Assembly (NCBI GenBank): GCA_963707635.1
Contig: OY970173.1
Coordinates: forward strand, 480,001 to 544,000
Length of the DNA: 64,000 nt
Direction of reading: 5' to 3'
From: Candidatus Latescibacterota bacterium
Lineage (GTDB): Bacteria; Krumholzibacteriota; Krumholzibacteriia; WVZY01; JAKEHA01
Of this stretch, positions 28,244 through 37,711 are shown piece by piece (position 1 is the stretch's first letter; each line of letters starts with the position of its first letter). The notes under the pieces are model-generated. The model saw nothing but the letters and a program-made list of their open reading frames with translations. It did no database searches and was not told the origin of the DNA. The translations under genes and the position numbers were made by a program.

Positions 28244-29655
28244 AACGCGCCGCGGTCACCCTCCTGGCGGCGGCGTGGTCGGTGCTCGCGGGTGCCGGCA
28301 ACGGGCACGCGACTCCCATGTACGCCGCCCGGGAAGGCCGCGCGTGCGACAACTGCCACGTGTCACCCAACAAGTGGGAGAACCCGAAACTTTCGAATCG
28401 CAAGTGCAGCATGGCGTGCCAGACGTGCCACGTGGATCCGGCGGGCGGGGGCATGCGAACGGTGACGGGTCACTTCTTCGGCCGGGCCACGCTCCCGATG
28501 ATCGCAATCAGTCCGCGCCCGACCGCCGACTGGGACCGCAACCTCCCGCTGCTCGGCCGGCGCGACCGCGCCACCAGCTACAATTCGAACCTCCCCTATG
28601 GGCCCGCGACGCTGGAGGCGTCGCGCGCGTACCAGGATTCGATCCACGACCTCGCCGCGTGGGGCAAGCCGCGCGGAGAATCGATCCACGAACCGTTCCA
28701 GGGCCGCTACGGCGAGTTGCGCGCCGACCCCGTGCTCCGCATCGGGAGCGACCTTCGCTTCGCCACGCTCTTTTCCAAGTCGACGCTCGCGTTTCCCATG
28801 CAGTTCGACGTCAACGCGATGCTGCACCCGGTGCACCACGCCGCGGGGCTGGTGAACGTCGGCGTCCGCGGTCAATCGAGCGGGTATTCGGCGACGTTCG
28901 ACGACTCGCACACGCCGTACTTTCGCGAGCTGTTCGTCATGACCCACGAGTGGCCCTACCAGGTCTACGCGAAGGTGGGGCGCTTCGTGCCGTCGTACGG
29001 GCTGCGGCTCGACGACCACACCAACCGCATCCGGCGCGAATTCGAGCTGGACGGGTCGCTGCCGGAGTCGCGCGTCACTGGCGTGGAAGTCGGCGCGGCG
29101 CCGAACTATCCGTTCGTGCAGGCGTCGTGGTTTCGCATGAACTCGAAGTACTCGGTCCCGGACGCGTGGGATATCTTCGACCTCGACGACGGCTGGGGCG
29201 CCGCGCTGAATGTCGGCTATCGCGAGTTGGGATGGAGCGTCGGGGCGAGCGCGCTGGCGCGGCGCCGGCCGCTGGACGAGGGCGGCGACACCGATACCTA
29301 TGGCGTCTACGCCGCCTTCAATCCGTGGTTCTATCGGCGGAAGATTCCCCTCACGTTGCAGGGCGAGGTCGACACGGGCACCTACCAGCGCGCGAGTGGC
29401 GCGCAGGCGAATCACCTCGTGTGGTACGGCGAAGTCGACTGGGTGGTGTGGAACGGCGTCAATCTGCTGTTTGCCTACGACTGGGACGATCCCGACCGCG
29501 ACGTGGTGGACGACCACTCGGGGCGCTATCAATTCGGCGTCCAGCTGATTCCGTATCCCGGCGTCACCCTGGACGCGCGCGTGCGCGCATTGGACGTTGC
29601 CACCGCGAGCGGTGACGGCGCGGATCTGTTTGCCCAATTACATTTCTGGTTCTAG
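28234..29655 (+). CDS. Exported di-heme cytochrome fused to a probable beta-barrel porin
   Basis: Signal peptide, CDNCH, CQTCH, amphipathic beta-strands, C-terminal QLHFWF. Confidence 0.7.
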   Translation: MQLKRAAVTLLAAAWSVLAGAGNGHATPMYAAREGRACDNCHVSPNKWENPKLSNRKCSMACQTCHVDPAGGGMRTVTGHFFGRATLPMIAISPRPTADWDRNLPLLGRRDRATSYNSNLPYGPATLEASRAYQDSIHDLAAWGKPRGESIHEPFQGRYGELRADPVLRIGSDLRFATLFSKSTLAFPMQFDVNAMLHPVHHAAGLVNVGVRGQSSGYSATFDDSHTPYFRELFVMTHEWPYQVYAKVGRFVPSYGLRLDDHTNRIRREFELDGSLPESRVTGVEVGAAPNYPFVQASWFRMNSKYSVPDAWDIFDLDDGWGAALNVGYRELGWSVGASALARRRPLDEGGDTDTYGVYAAFNPWFYRRKIPLTLQGEVDTGTYQRASGAQANHLVWYGEVDWVVWNGVNLLFAYDWDDPDRDVVDDHSGRYQFGVQLIPYPGVTLDARVRALDVATASGDGADLFAQLHFWF

Positions 29656-29729
29656 GGGCGCATTATGTTGCGACTGATGCGCGGGCGATGCTACGGTTAT
29701 CCCGCGGATCTCAACCCCGTGGAGGAATC

Positions 29730-30401
29730 ATGAAAACATTGACGGTATCGGCACTGGTTATTGTAATCGCGGCCCCGTTCTGGAGCTGTTCGTCCATGAA
29801 CAACGCGCAGAAGGGTGCCGTGGGGGGTGCGGCAGCCGGCGGCACGATGGGCGCGATAATCGGGCACCAGTCCGGCAACACCGCGGTGGGTGCCATTATC
29901 GGCGCCGCGATCGGCGGTGCCGCGGGGGCCTACATCGGCAACTATATGGACAAGCAGGCGGCCGAAATGGAGCGCGACCTGGAGGGTGCCACGGTCGAGC
30001 GCGTCGGCGAAGGCATCAAGATCACTTTCGACTCGGGACTGTTTTTCGACGTGAACAAGGCCGAGCTCAAGCAGGCCAGCCGGGACAACCTCACGAAGCT
30101 GGCGACGATTCTCAACAAGTATCCGGACACCAATATCCTGCTCGAGGGGCACACCGACTCGGACGGTTCGGAAGAATGGAACCTGGAGTTGTCCCGGCTG
30201 CGCGCGCAGTCGGTCTCCAATTTCTTGGCGGCGCAACAGGTCCAGGAGCCGCGTTTCACCATCATGGGGTACGGCGAGGCGCAGCCCGTCGCGAGCAACG
30301 ACACCAGGCAGGGCAAGGCGCAGAATCGTCGTGTCGAAGTCGCGATCTATGCCAACGACAAGTTGAAGAAGACGGCGGAGAAGAAGGCGCAGGCGGGCTA
30401 G
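29730..30401 (+). CDS. OmpA family lipoprotein (glycine zipper plus OmpA C-terminal domain)
   Basis: Lipobox SC, glycine zipper, 'EGHTD', 'NLELSRLRA', 'NRRVE'. Confidence 0.92.
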   Translation: MKTLTVSALVIVIAAPFWSCSSMNNAQKGAVGGAAAGGTMGAIIGHQSGNTAVGAIIGAAIGGAAGAYIGNYMDKQAAEMERDLEGATVERVGEGIKITFDSGLFFDVNKAELKQASRDNLTKLATILNKYPDTNILLEGHTDSDGSEEWNLELSRLRAQSVSNFLAAQQVQEPRFTIMGYGEAQPVASNDTRQGKAQNRRVEVAIYANDKLKKTAEKKAQAG

Positions 30402-30423
30402 CCAGTCGCATGCGCAGGATCGG

Positions 30424-31074
30424 ATGACGAGAGTGACCGCCCACGAGGCTATCGAACGCACCGCCCGCGAGGTGCTCGCGGACGGTGTGTTTCTTTGTGT
30501 GCGACTCGGATCCGGTGTGCCGTTGGTCGAGGCGTGTCGCGCGGCCGTCCGCGGTGGACTCTCGCTGCTCGAAATCACACTCACCACACCGGGAGCGTTT
30601 CGCGCCATCGAGACGATGGCGAAGGAGGACGGCGTCATCGCGGGTGGCGGGACGGTGCTCACGCCCGAAGACGCACGCCGCGTAGCGGAAGCCGGAGGGC
30701 GCTTCGCGCTTTCGCCCGTGTTTGATCCCGGCGTCGTCGACGAGGCGCACCGGCTGGGGCTACTGGCCGTTCCCGGCACGTCGACACCCACGGAGATTCT
30801 CACCGCGCACCGTCACGGTGCCCGCCTCGTGAAGGTTTTTCCGGCGGCGGCCCTCGGCGGAGCCGCTTACATCCGCGCGGTACGCGGGCCGCTTCCCGAC
30901 ATTCCCCTGGTGCCGACCAACGGGATCACGGCGGAGACGATCGCGGACTACGTTGCCGCCGGAGCGGTGGCGGTCGGAGTCGGCGGCGAGGTCTTCCCGC
31001 CGAACTTCACGCTGGACCACGTCGAAGCCGCCTCACGCCGGATCCGACTCGCGATGGACGCGGCTCGCAAGTAG
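30424..31074 (+). CDS. eda: KDPG/KHG aldolase
   Basis: 'EITLTTPGA', 'GGGTV', 'TPTE', 'VKVFPA', 'GPLP'. Confidence 0.85.
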   Translation: MTRVTAHEAIERTAREVLADGVFLCVRLGSGVPLVEACRAAVRGGLSLLEITLTTPGAFRAIETMAKEDGVIAGGGTVLTPEDARRVAEAGGRFALSPVFDPGVVDEAHRLGLLAVPGTSTPTEILTAHRHGARLVKVFPAAALGGAAYIRAVRGPLPDIPLVPTNGITAETIADYVAAGAVAVGVGGEVFPPNFTLDHVEAASRRIRLAMDAARK

Positions 31075-31080
31075 CCGCTG

Positions 31081-31269
31081 TCACGCCGGCTTCACGTCTT
31101 CCGGCGGTTCGACCCTCTGCTTGAGAGGTCCTCGGCGCTTGCGCAGCGCCTCGCGCAGCAGGTACTCGATCTGGCCGTTGAGGCTCCGCAGGTCGTCCTT
31201 GGCCCAGCGGTTGAGCTCGTCGAGCAACTCCTCCGGAAGCCTCACCAGATACGATTTTCTCCCGGGCAT
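31081..31269 (-). CDS. Arc-like ribbon-helix-helix DNA-binding protein
   Basis: 'KSYLVRL...WAKDDLRSLNGQIEYLL'; lies directly after the SPFH gene. Confidence 0.85.
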   Translation of the reverse strand: MPGRKSYLVRLPEELLDELNRWAKDDLRSLNGQIEYLLREALRKRRGPLKQRVEPPEDVKPA

Positions 31270-31283
31270 TCTCGCTCACGACC

Positions 31284-32159
31284 CTACTGATAGAGCGTTC
31301 CGGTGTTGACGACGGGTTGTGCGGCCTTGTCGCCGCAGAGAACCACCAGCAGATTGCTGACCATGATGGCTTTCTTCTCGTCGTCGAGCTTGACGGTCGC
31401 GTGTCGTTCCAGGCGCTCGAGCGCCATCTCCACCATGCCGACGGCTCCGTCGACAATTCTGGTGCGCGCCGCCACGATGGCTTCCGCCTGCTGGCGCTGC
31501 AGCATCGCCGACGCGATTTCCGGCGCATAAGCGAGATGGCTCAAGCGCGCTTCGTCGATGTGAACGCCGGCCTTGCCCACGCGTTCCTGGAGTTCCTTCG
31601 TCAACGCCTGGGAGACCTCGTCCATGCTGCCGCGCAGGGACGTCTGGCCGTCTTCGGTCGTGTCGTACGGGTAGGCGCTCGCCAGGTGGCGAACGGCCGA
31701 TTCGCTCTGAATGGTGACGTAGTGCACGAACTCATCCACGTCGAAGACCGCCTGTGCGGTATCGACCACGCGCCACACGATGACGACCGCGATCTCGATG
31801 GGATTGCCGCGGGAATCGTTCACCTTGATCTTTTCCGTGTTCAGGTTGCGCGCGCGCAGCGACACGCGGGATTTTACGAAGAACGGATTCGCCCAGTTGA
31901 AGCCATTGGTCTTGGCGGTCCCGGCATACTTGCCGAAGAGCGTCAGTACCGCGGCCATGTTGGGCTGCAGCGTGAAGAACCCGCCGAGCAGCGCCCCCCA
32001 GACGATGACGACGAGTGTCCACAGAATGATCGCTCCCGCACTGGGCCCCGTGGCGAGGACTTCCTGAAACCAAAGCCCGAGGGCCGCCCCGGCAAGAATC
32101 AGAAGCGGCAACATGAACCACCCGCTGATGGGTTTCAATTCTCTCTCATGCGTGTGCAT
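31284..32159 (-). CDS. SPFH (band 7) domain membrane protein
   Basis: '[12 protein letters not shown]', 'LAYAPEIA', 'MLQRQQA', 'NTGTLY'; AAGGAGG RBS. Confidence 0.92.
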   Translation of the reverse strand: MHTHERELKPISGWFMLPLLILAGAALGLWFQEVLATGPSAGAIILWTLVVIVWGALLGGFFTLQPNMAAVLTLFGKYAGTAKTNGFNWANPFFVKSRVSLRARNLNTEKIKVNDSRGNPIEIAVVIVWRVVDTAQAVFDVDEFVHYVTIQSESAVRHLASAYPYDTTEDGQTSLRGSMDEVSQALTKELQERVGKAGVHIDEARLSHLAYAPEIASAMLQRQQAEAIVAARTRIVDGAVGMVEMALERLERHATVKLDDEKKAIMVSNLLVVLCGDKAAQPVVNTGTLYQ

Positions 32160-32193
32160 CGAACCCTCCTTGTCCTCATGCGAGGACATCAGA

Positions 32194-32222
32194 AGTATAT
32201 CCATATGATATCAAATTGTCAA
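32194..32222 (-). promoter_or_regulatory. Sigma70 promoter with TGATATCA palindrome in the spacer
   Basis: TTGACA-17 nt-TATACT on the minus strand; TGATATCA at 32206-32213. Confidence 0.75.
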
Positions 32223-32287
32223 GGCGCACGGCGTCGCAACAATATAACCAATTCAAATATAGTAGGTTGATAAGCTGGCCCGCGGAG

Positions 32288-33130
32288 CTAGACCTGCAGA
32301 ATATCGAGCCCGGGGGCTTCGGTGAGAATCCCGCGGGCGACTGCCCGGGCATAGAGAGTCTCGAGCGCGCGACGGCCCTCGTCACCCATGTCGACGGTAT
32401 CCTGGTTCACGTACATGCGCACGAACGTGCGGCAGGTCTCACGCGCGACCCCACGCCCGAACCCCATCGCGTAGTCGATTGCTTCGTCCTCGTGCGCCCG
32501 GGCGTACACGATGCTTTCCTTGAGCGCCCGGGCCACCCCTACCATGGTGGTATCACCCAGGCCGCGACGCACGACGTCCAGCCCGAGTGGAATCGGGAGC
32601 CCGGTGTCGTCCGTCCAGGCGGTACCGAGGTCGATCACGCGGCGTAACTCGGTCGACGTCCACGTGAGCTGGCCCTCGTGGATCACGACACCCGCGTCCA
32701 CTTCGCCGCTGCCGACCGCGTCCATCACGCGCTCGAAATCCATCATCACGGGAGTGAACGGGACCGGGACATAGAGTCGAAGCAGTACGTAGGCCGTCGT
32801 ATCCGCGCCGGGCACCGCAATCCGTTTTCCCACGAGGTCACCCGGAGCGAACGGCGTGCGCGCCAGCACGATCGGTCCGTAACTCCGGCCCACCGACGCG
32901 CCGCAGGACATGATGCGATACGAGTGGGAAACGTGCGGATAAACCGCCGCGGAAATGGCGGTGACGTCCAGTTCTCCCCTTTTCGCGCGCTGGTTCAGGG
33001 TTTCGATGTCCTCGAGCACGTGCTGGACGACGTAGCCGTCCACCCGCACGCGCCCGGACGCGAGGCCGTAGAACATGAACGCGTCGTCGGCGTCGGGGCT
33101 GTGTCCGATGGAAAGCGTTTTGAGAGACAT
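32288..33130 (-). CDS. mqnD: 1,4-dihydroxy-6-naphthoate synthase
   Basis: 'HSPDADDAFMF', 'DIETLN', 'IHEGQ', 'LPIPLG', 'MYVN'. Confidence 0.92.
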   Translation of the reverse strand: MSLKTLSIGHSPDADDAFMFYGLASGRVRVDGYVVQHVLEDIETLNQRAKRGELDVTAISAAVYPHVSHSYRIMSCGASVGRSYGPIVLARTPFAPGDLVGKRIAVPGADTTAYVLLRLYVPVPFTPVMMDFERVMDAVGSGEVDAGVVIHEGQLTWTSTELRRVIDLGTAWTDDTGLPIPLGLDVVRRGLGDTTMVGVARALKESIVYARAHEDEAIDYAMGFGRGVARETCRTFVRMYVNQDTVDMGDEGRRALETLYARAVARGILTEAPGLDILQV

Positions 33131-33137
33131 CGATCGG

Positions 33138-33689
33138 CTACTTCGTCAATTGGAACCAGGACGCACCTACCACGCGGCCATCGCCGCCGGCATCATACGC
33201 CATGATTTCCAGCAGATAATCGCCCGGCTGAAATCGACGGCTGAACAACCGCAGCATGAATCGACCTTCCTTGAAATAGGAAAGCGGGATGGTATCGTGA
33301 AAACACACGGCGCCGTCTTCGGCCTGAATGGTGACGTCATAGCGCGCGGCCCCTCGCGGGATATAATCGAGATCGACCCCGACCACGATACTGGCGATCG
33401 ACGACAGGTCGAGGATGGCGTCGAACGTCCTCGCGGGCGCCACCGCTCCGTTGGAGCCGGCTACCCGGACCGGAAGATCCTGGAGCGGGTCGCGTGATTC
33501 GACCACATCGATGGGCGCCCACGCCGCGTAACGCCGGCCGCGGGCAATGCCCACTGCGATCAAGCCGACGAGCAAGACGATCAACGCCGCCGCCGCGATC
33601 CGCGCGTACTTCCGTCCGCCAGGAACGCGGTTTACCAGGTCGCCGATCAGCGGAAACGCCAGCGGACTTTTCGCGCGCGTGCTCGACAT
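33138..33689 (-). CDS. Hypothetical single-TM protein
   Basis: 183 aa, one TM then a beta-rich domain; in line with mqnD. Confidence 0.6.
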   Translation of the reverse strand: MSSTRAKSPLAFPLIGDLVNRVPGGRKYARIAAAALIVLLVGLIAVGIARGRRYAAWAPIDVVESRDPLQDLPVRVAGSNGAVAPARTFDAILDLSSIASIVVGVDLDYIPRGAARYDVTIQAEDGAVCFHDTIPLSYFKEGRFMLRLFSRRFQPGDYLLEIMAYDAGGDGRVVGASWFQLTK

Positions 33690-33723
33690 GCCGCCATGCT
33701 AGCACACGTGATAGGATGGCGCC

Positions 33724-34377
33724 ATGACCCGCGCGGCGACACCTCATGTGATCGCGATCGCCGGCCCGTCCGGATCCGGCAAGTCGTCGCTTGCACGCGA
33801 AATCACCGCGCGGCTCCCCGGCGGCGGGCTCGTCTTCGGGTTGGACTCGTACTACCGCGACCAGCGCGGCGTTTCCGAGGACGCGATCAACGTGGATGTT
33901 CCGGAGGCGCTGGATCATCCGCGCATCGTGACGGACCTGCGCGAACTGGCGGCGGGGCGGCACATTCGCCAGCCCGTATACGACTACGCCACCCACGCGC
34001 GCCTCGCGACCGACCGGGAGGTCGCACCGGCTCCGTTCATCGTGGTCGAAGGCCTGTATGCGCTCTTCTGGCCCGACGTACGCGAGCTCGTTCGCACCGC
34101 GGTCTTCGTGTCGCTCGACCATGACGAGTGCCTGCGGCGTCGCGTGGACCGGGACACGCGCGAACGCGGGCGGAGTGCCGCGGCGGTGACGCGCCTGTAT
34201 GAGCGCAACGTACGGCCGATGTACGACCTGCACGTGCAGCCCACCCATCGTCATGCGGATCTGGTTCTCGACGGCCGGCTCCCCCTGGGAGAATTGACGC
34301 GGCAGGTGATCCTGTTCCTTCTCCCGGAACCGCCGCCGCCGTCAACCGACAATGACGTCGGCCATCAGCAGCGGTAG
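33724..34377 (+). CDS. udk: Uridine kinase family protein
   Basis: P-loop GPSGSGKS, 'DSYY', 'PVYDY', 'VEG', 'RDTRERGR'. Confidence 0.85.
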   Translation: MTRAATPHVIAIAGPSGSGKSSLAREITARLPGGGLVFGLDSYYRDQRGVSEDAINVDVPEALDHPRIVTDLRELAAGRHIRQPVYDYATHARLATDREVAPAPFIVVEGLYALFWPDVRELVRTAVFVSLDHDECLRRRVDRDTRERGRSAAAVTRLYERNVRPMYDLHVQPTHRHADLVLDGRLPLGELTRQVILFLLPEPPPPSTDNDVGHQQR

Positions 34378-34554
34378 CACGACGTACAACACGAGGTCGC
34401 GCACCAGGTAGTAGAGGAAGAAGGCGATGGCCAGCTTCCAACCGTAGGCTCGAAGCAGGCGCCGCACGCGAAACGAGAGGCGTCGCCGGCGGGACCAGCC
34501 CCGGGCGTCCGGGAGCGGCGCCTTCAGGTTGCTCCTGACCCCGGCGAAGTCCAA
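34342..34554 (-). CDS. Small membrane protein
   Basis: 'YGWKLAIAFFLYYLVRDLVLYVVLP'; GGAGG before TTG 34554 (alternative GTG at 34581). Confidence 0.55.
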   Translation of the reverse strand: MDFAGVRSNLKAPLPDARGWSRRRRLSFRVRRLLRAYGWKLAIAFFLYYLVRDLVLYVVLPLLMADVIVG

Positions 34555-34580
34555 ACGAATCCTCCGCACCGAGTCCGCCA

Positions 34581-34886
34581 CTACTCGGCGAACACTTCGT
34601 ACTTCTCGACCTTGGAAGTGAGCACCAGGTTGCCGCTCGCGTCCTTGAATTCGCCGACGCGCCGGTGTCCCTCGCGGTACTCCTCGCTGCCGGTCCACGC
34701 GTCGAACGCGGCCTGCGACTCCCAGTGCGTCATGACGATGTATTCGTTGCCTTGCTCCGGGCGGAGAATCTCGGCACGTATGAACCCCGGGCGGCGATCG
34801 ACGGCTTTGGCGCGCGTACGAAACGTCATCTCGAACTTGTCTCTGAACTCGGCAGGCACCGTCATGCGATTCATCATCACGAACAC
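34581..34886 (-). CDS. Antibiotic biosynthesis monooxygenase (IsdG-like) protein
   Basis: 'MFVMMNR', 'FE..F..R', 'PGF', 'WES..AF.AW..SEEY...H'. Confidence 0.85.
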   Translation of the reverse strand: MFVMMNRMTVPAEFRDKFEMTFRTRAKAVDRRPGFIRAEILRPEQGNEYIVMTHWESQAAFDAWTGSEEYREGHRRVGEFKDASGNLVLTSKVEKYEVFAE

Positions 34887-34952
34887 AAGCGACCTCCTCG
34901 AAAATGCGGGTGGTGATCGCCCCGAGGGCGACCAAGTTAGGACAGGCTAACT

Positions 34953-34980
34953 AGAATAGCCGAACCGGCGGGGCTGTCAA
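34953..34980 (-). promoter_or_regulatory. Possible sigma70 promoter for the ABM gene
   Basis: TTGACA-16 nt-TATTCT on the minus strand. Confidence 0.5.
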
Positions 34981-34990
34981 GGCCCGGCAC

Positions 34991-35021
34991 AAAAAAAGGG
35001 CCCTCCCGGTTGGGAAGACCC
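34991..35021 (-). terminator. Intrinsic terminator (minus strand)
   Basis: GGGTCTTCCC-AACC-GGGAGGGCCC followed by T7. Confidence 0.75.
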
Positions 35022-35531
35022 GTCGTGGTGCGGCGGGGAAATGCGATCGCGGTGTGTTCGCGGGCCGCCGGAATGCGCCCGCGGCGGGTCGTGTCTCTTA
35101 CCTACGCCGAGGGAGTAGACCGAAGAGTCGAACCCAGGCCCGATGGAACGACGGCACGAAATGTTGCCTGGCGATACCGAACGATCAATGGGGGGCTCGC
35201 TTTGCGTAATTTTGCACAGATGTTCGAGCCGCTGATCGATTTCGAGAGCAGCTTCAGGCTGCTGTACCGCCGGCTCCGCTCGCTCTGCAATGACTCTCTC
35301 GATCTATCCGCCGGCGCAGGCATTCTTACGGATCCGGAGGCGAGGGGAGGGACTGATGGTTCGGTCTTCATCGACCCTCGCCGTCCGGATCACATGCGTC
35401 GAGAATCCGTGAAATCCGGATTCATATCGTGCGGAAGTCTAGCCGGGTCGTGTGAACGGCCGATGAAGCCCAAATGAAATGTGAACGGGCGTCGAAGGCG
35501 GAAACCCGGGCCGCGGAGGCCCGCGCGGGGG

Positions 35532-36692
35532 CTACGACTTTGTCGCCTGCCGCGCCCCCCGGCGCATCCGTTCGACGATGGGAGGGATCGTCTCGATGGC
35601 GTAAGCGATTTCCGCCTCGGTCGTGAGGTCGCTAAGCGAGAAGCGCAGGCACGAAGCCGCCTCCTCGGGCGGCAGGCCCATCGCGGCCAGCACGTGCGAG
35701 GGAAGCCCCGCACCCGACTTGCACGCCGACCCGGCGGAAACGCAGATGCCGGCTTCGTCGAGCAGCACCAGCATGGCGTGCCCATCGATACCATGGAAGC
35801 CCATGCTCGACGTGTTCGGAAGGCGCTCACAGTCGATTCCGTTCACGAACGAATCCGTCACGCGCGAGAGAATCTCGCGCTCGAACAGGTCGCGCAGCCG
35901 GCGCACTTCGGTCTGGTAGCGCGCCACCCGCGCGTGGGCGTGCTCGCACGCCACGCCCATGGCGACGATGCCGGCGACGTTTTCGGTGCCGGGGCGGCGG
36001 CTCCGTTCCTGGTTTCCGCCCAGGAACACCGGCGCCCACTTCGTCCCCTTGCGCAGCACCAGCGCACCCACGCCCTTGGGGCCGTGAAACTTGTGCGCCG
36101 AAATTGCGATCACATCCGCGCCCAGCACGCGCAGATCGATCGGCACCTTGCCCACGGCCTGCACGGCGTCCACGTGGAGGGGAATCCCGCGCGAGTGAAC
36201 GATCTCCGCGATCCGATCGATCGGGAAGATGACGCCGGTTTCGTTGTTGGCAAACATCACCGACACCAGTGCGGTGTCGTCGCGGAGGACCGACCGCAGC
36301 TCATCGAGGTTGAGGCGCCCGGACCGGTCGACCCCGAGGAACGTGACCTCGTAGCCGGTCGCGGCAAGCCGTTTGATGGGATTCAAGACCGCGGAGTGCT
36401 CGACCGCCGTGGTGACCACGTGGCGGCGGTCCTTCGCCGCCTCGGCGATGCCGCGAATCGCCAGGTTGTCGGACTCGGTGCCGCAGCTCGTGAACACCAC
36501 TTCCGCTTCGGTGCAGCCGAGAAACGCCGCCACCCGGGCGCGCGCGTCGCGGATGGCCGACGCGGGGCGATCGCCCAGGTGATGGGGGCTGGACGGGTTT
36601 CCGAAGTGTTCGAGGTAGAACGGCCGCATCGCCTCGAAAACTTCCGGGGCGACCGAGGTGGTGGCGTTGTTGTCCAGATAGACCGTATTCAT
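35532..36692 (-). CDS. Cysteine desulfurase (NifS/IscS type)
   Basis: 'YLDNNATT', 'GNPSS', 'NNETG', 'SAHKFHGPKG', 'SAGSAC'. Confidence 0.95.
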   Translation of the reverse strand: MNTVYLDNNATTSVAPEVFEAMRPFYLEHFGNPSSPHHLGDRPASAIRDARARVAAFLGCTEAEVVFTSCGTESDNLAIRGIAEAAKDRRHVVTTAVEHSAVLNPIKRLAATGYEVTFLGVDRSGRLNLDELRSVLRDDTALVSVMFANNETGVIFPIDRIAEIVHSRGIPLHVDAVQAVGKVPIDLRVLGADVIAISAHKFHGPKGVGALVLRKGTKWAPVFLGGNQERSRRPGTENVAGIVAMGVACEHAHARVARYQTEVRRLRDLFEREILSRVTDSFVNGIDCERLPNTSSMGFHGIDGHAMLVLLDEAGICVSAGSACKSGAGLPSHVLAAMGLPPEEAASCLRFSLSDLTTEAEIAYAIETIPPIVERMRRGARQATKS

Positions 36693-36746
36693 GGCAATGG
36701 CTGCGCGCCCTTGAGAACGCGGGGCACCAGTGCTATTTTAGGTCGC

Positions 36747-37304
36747 ATGAGCAGACAGAGCAAGCCCAAGAAGAACCCGGAAGGGCGGCGCGTCGGCCTG
36801 GTCATCGTCCACACCGGCAACGGCAAGGGCAAGACCACGGCGGCCATCGGAACCGCGTTTCGCGCCTGCGGCGTCGGATTCCGGGTGAAGATGATCCAGT
36901 TCATCAAGGGATCGTGGGACTACGGCGAACTGCACGCCGCGGAGAAGCTCGGGAACTTCGAGATCGTTCCCATGGGCGAAGGGTTCACGTGGGAGACGAA
37001 GGACCGGGAGCGCGACACCCGGGCCGCGTGGAAAACATGGGAGGCGTGCCGGGAGGCGATCGAGAACAATCAGCACGACCTTCTCATTTTCGACGAAATC
37101 AACAACGCCATCGCCTACGGCTACCTGGACATCCAGGTCGTGATCGACGCGCTCAAGCGCAAGCCGCCGGAAATGCACGTCATCCTGACGGGACGCGACG
37201 CGCACCCGGATCTGATCGACGCCGCCGACCTCGTCACCGAAATGCGCGAAATCAAACACCCCTTCCATCGCGACATCTACGCGCAGCGCGGCATTGAGTA
37301 TTGA
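36747..37304 (+). CDS. cobO: Cob(I)yrinic acid a,c-diamide adenosyltransferase
   Basis: 'TGNGKGKTTAA', 'QFIKG', 'GEGFTW', 'LTGR', 'KHPF...GIEY'. Confidence 0.93.
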   Translation: MSRQSKPKKNPEGRRVGLVIVHTGNGKGKTTAAIGTAFRACGVGFRVKMIQFIKGSWDYGELHAAEKLGNFEIVPMGEGFTWETKDRERDTRAAWKTWEACREAIENNQHDLLIFDEINNAIAYGYLDIQVVIDALKRKPPEMHVILTGRDAHPDLIDAADLVTEMREIKHPFHRDIYAQRGIEY

Positions 37305-37310
37305 GAGGGA

Positions 37311-37340
37311 GACGGGCGATGGCAATTGCCATCGCCCGTC
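37311..37340. repeat. Perfect 30-bp palindrome between convergent genes
   Basis: GACGGGCGATGGCAATTGCCATCGCCCGTC is its own reverse complement. Confidence 0.85.
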
Positions 37341-37365
37341 GACGTTGATCGCTGCCAAGCCGAGG

Positions 37366-37542
37366 CTAAAACAGCGCGTAGATGAAGGGAGCCAGCGCCG
37401 ATCCCTGCGTGAATACTATCAAGACGCCGAGCAGCACCAGGAAGATCATGATCGGGCCGAGCCACCATTTCTTGCGAACCTTCATGTAGGCCCACAGTTC
37501 GCCGAAGATGGACATGTGGCCCTTGAACTCCTTCAGACCCAT
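37366..37542 (-). CDS. DUF5989-like small membrane protein (58 aa, absent from the ORF track)
   Basis: MGLKEFKGHMSIFGELWAYMKVRKKWWLGPIMIFLVLLGVLIVFTQGSALAPFIYALF; AGGAG RBS. Confidence 0.85.
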   Translation of the reverse strand: MGLKEFKGHMSIFGELWAYMKVRKKWWLGPIMIFLVLLGVLIVFTQGSALAPFIYALF

Positions 37543-37711
37543 GGAATCAGCACTCCTGAAAAACTAGAATGGTTGTCGACGCAAGTAAGCGAAGCGTGCG
37601 TCCACCGGCGGCAGATCGCGCGCCGCAGACGTGATCAATTATAGGCGAATGGGCGTCGCCTTGTCCACAAGGCACCCCGCAGCGCACGCAACCGGGAACA
37701 AGGAGACATCG

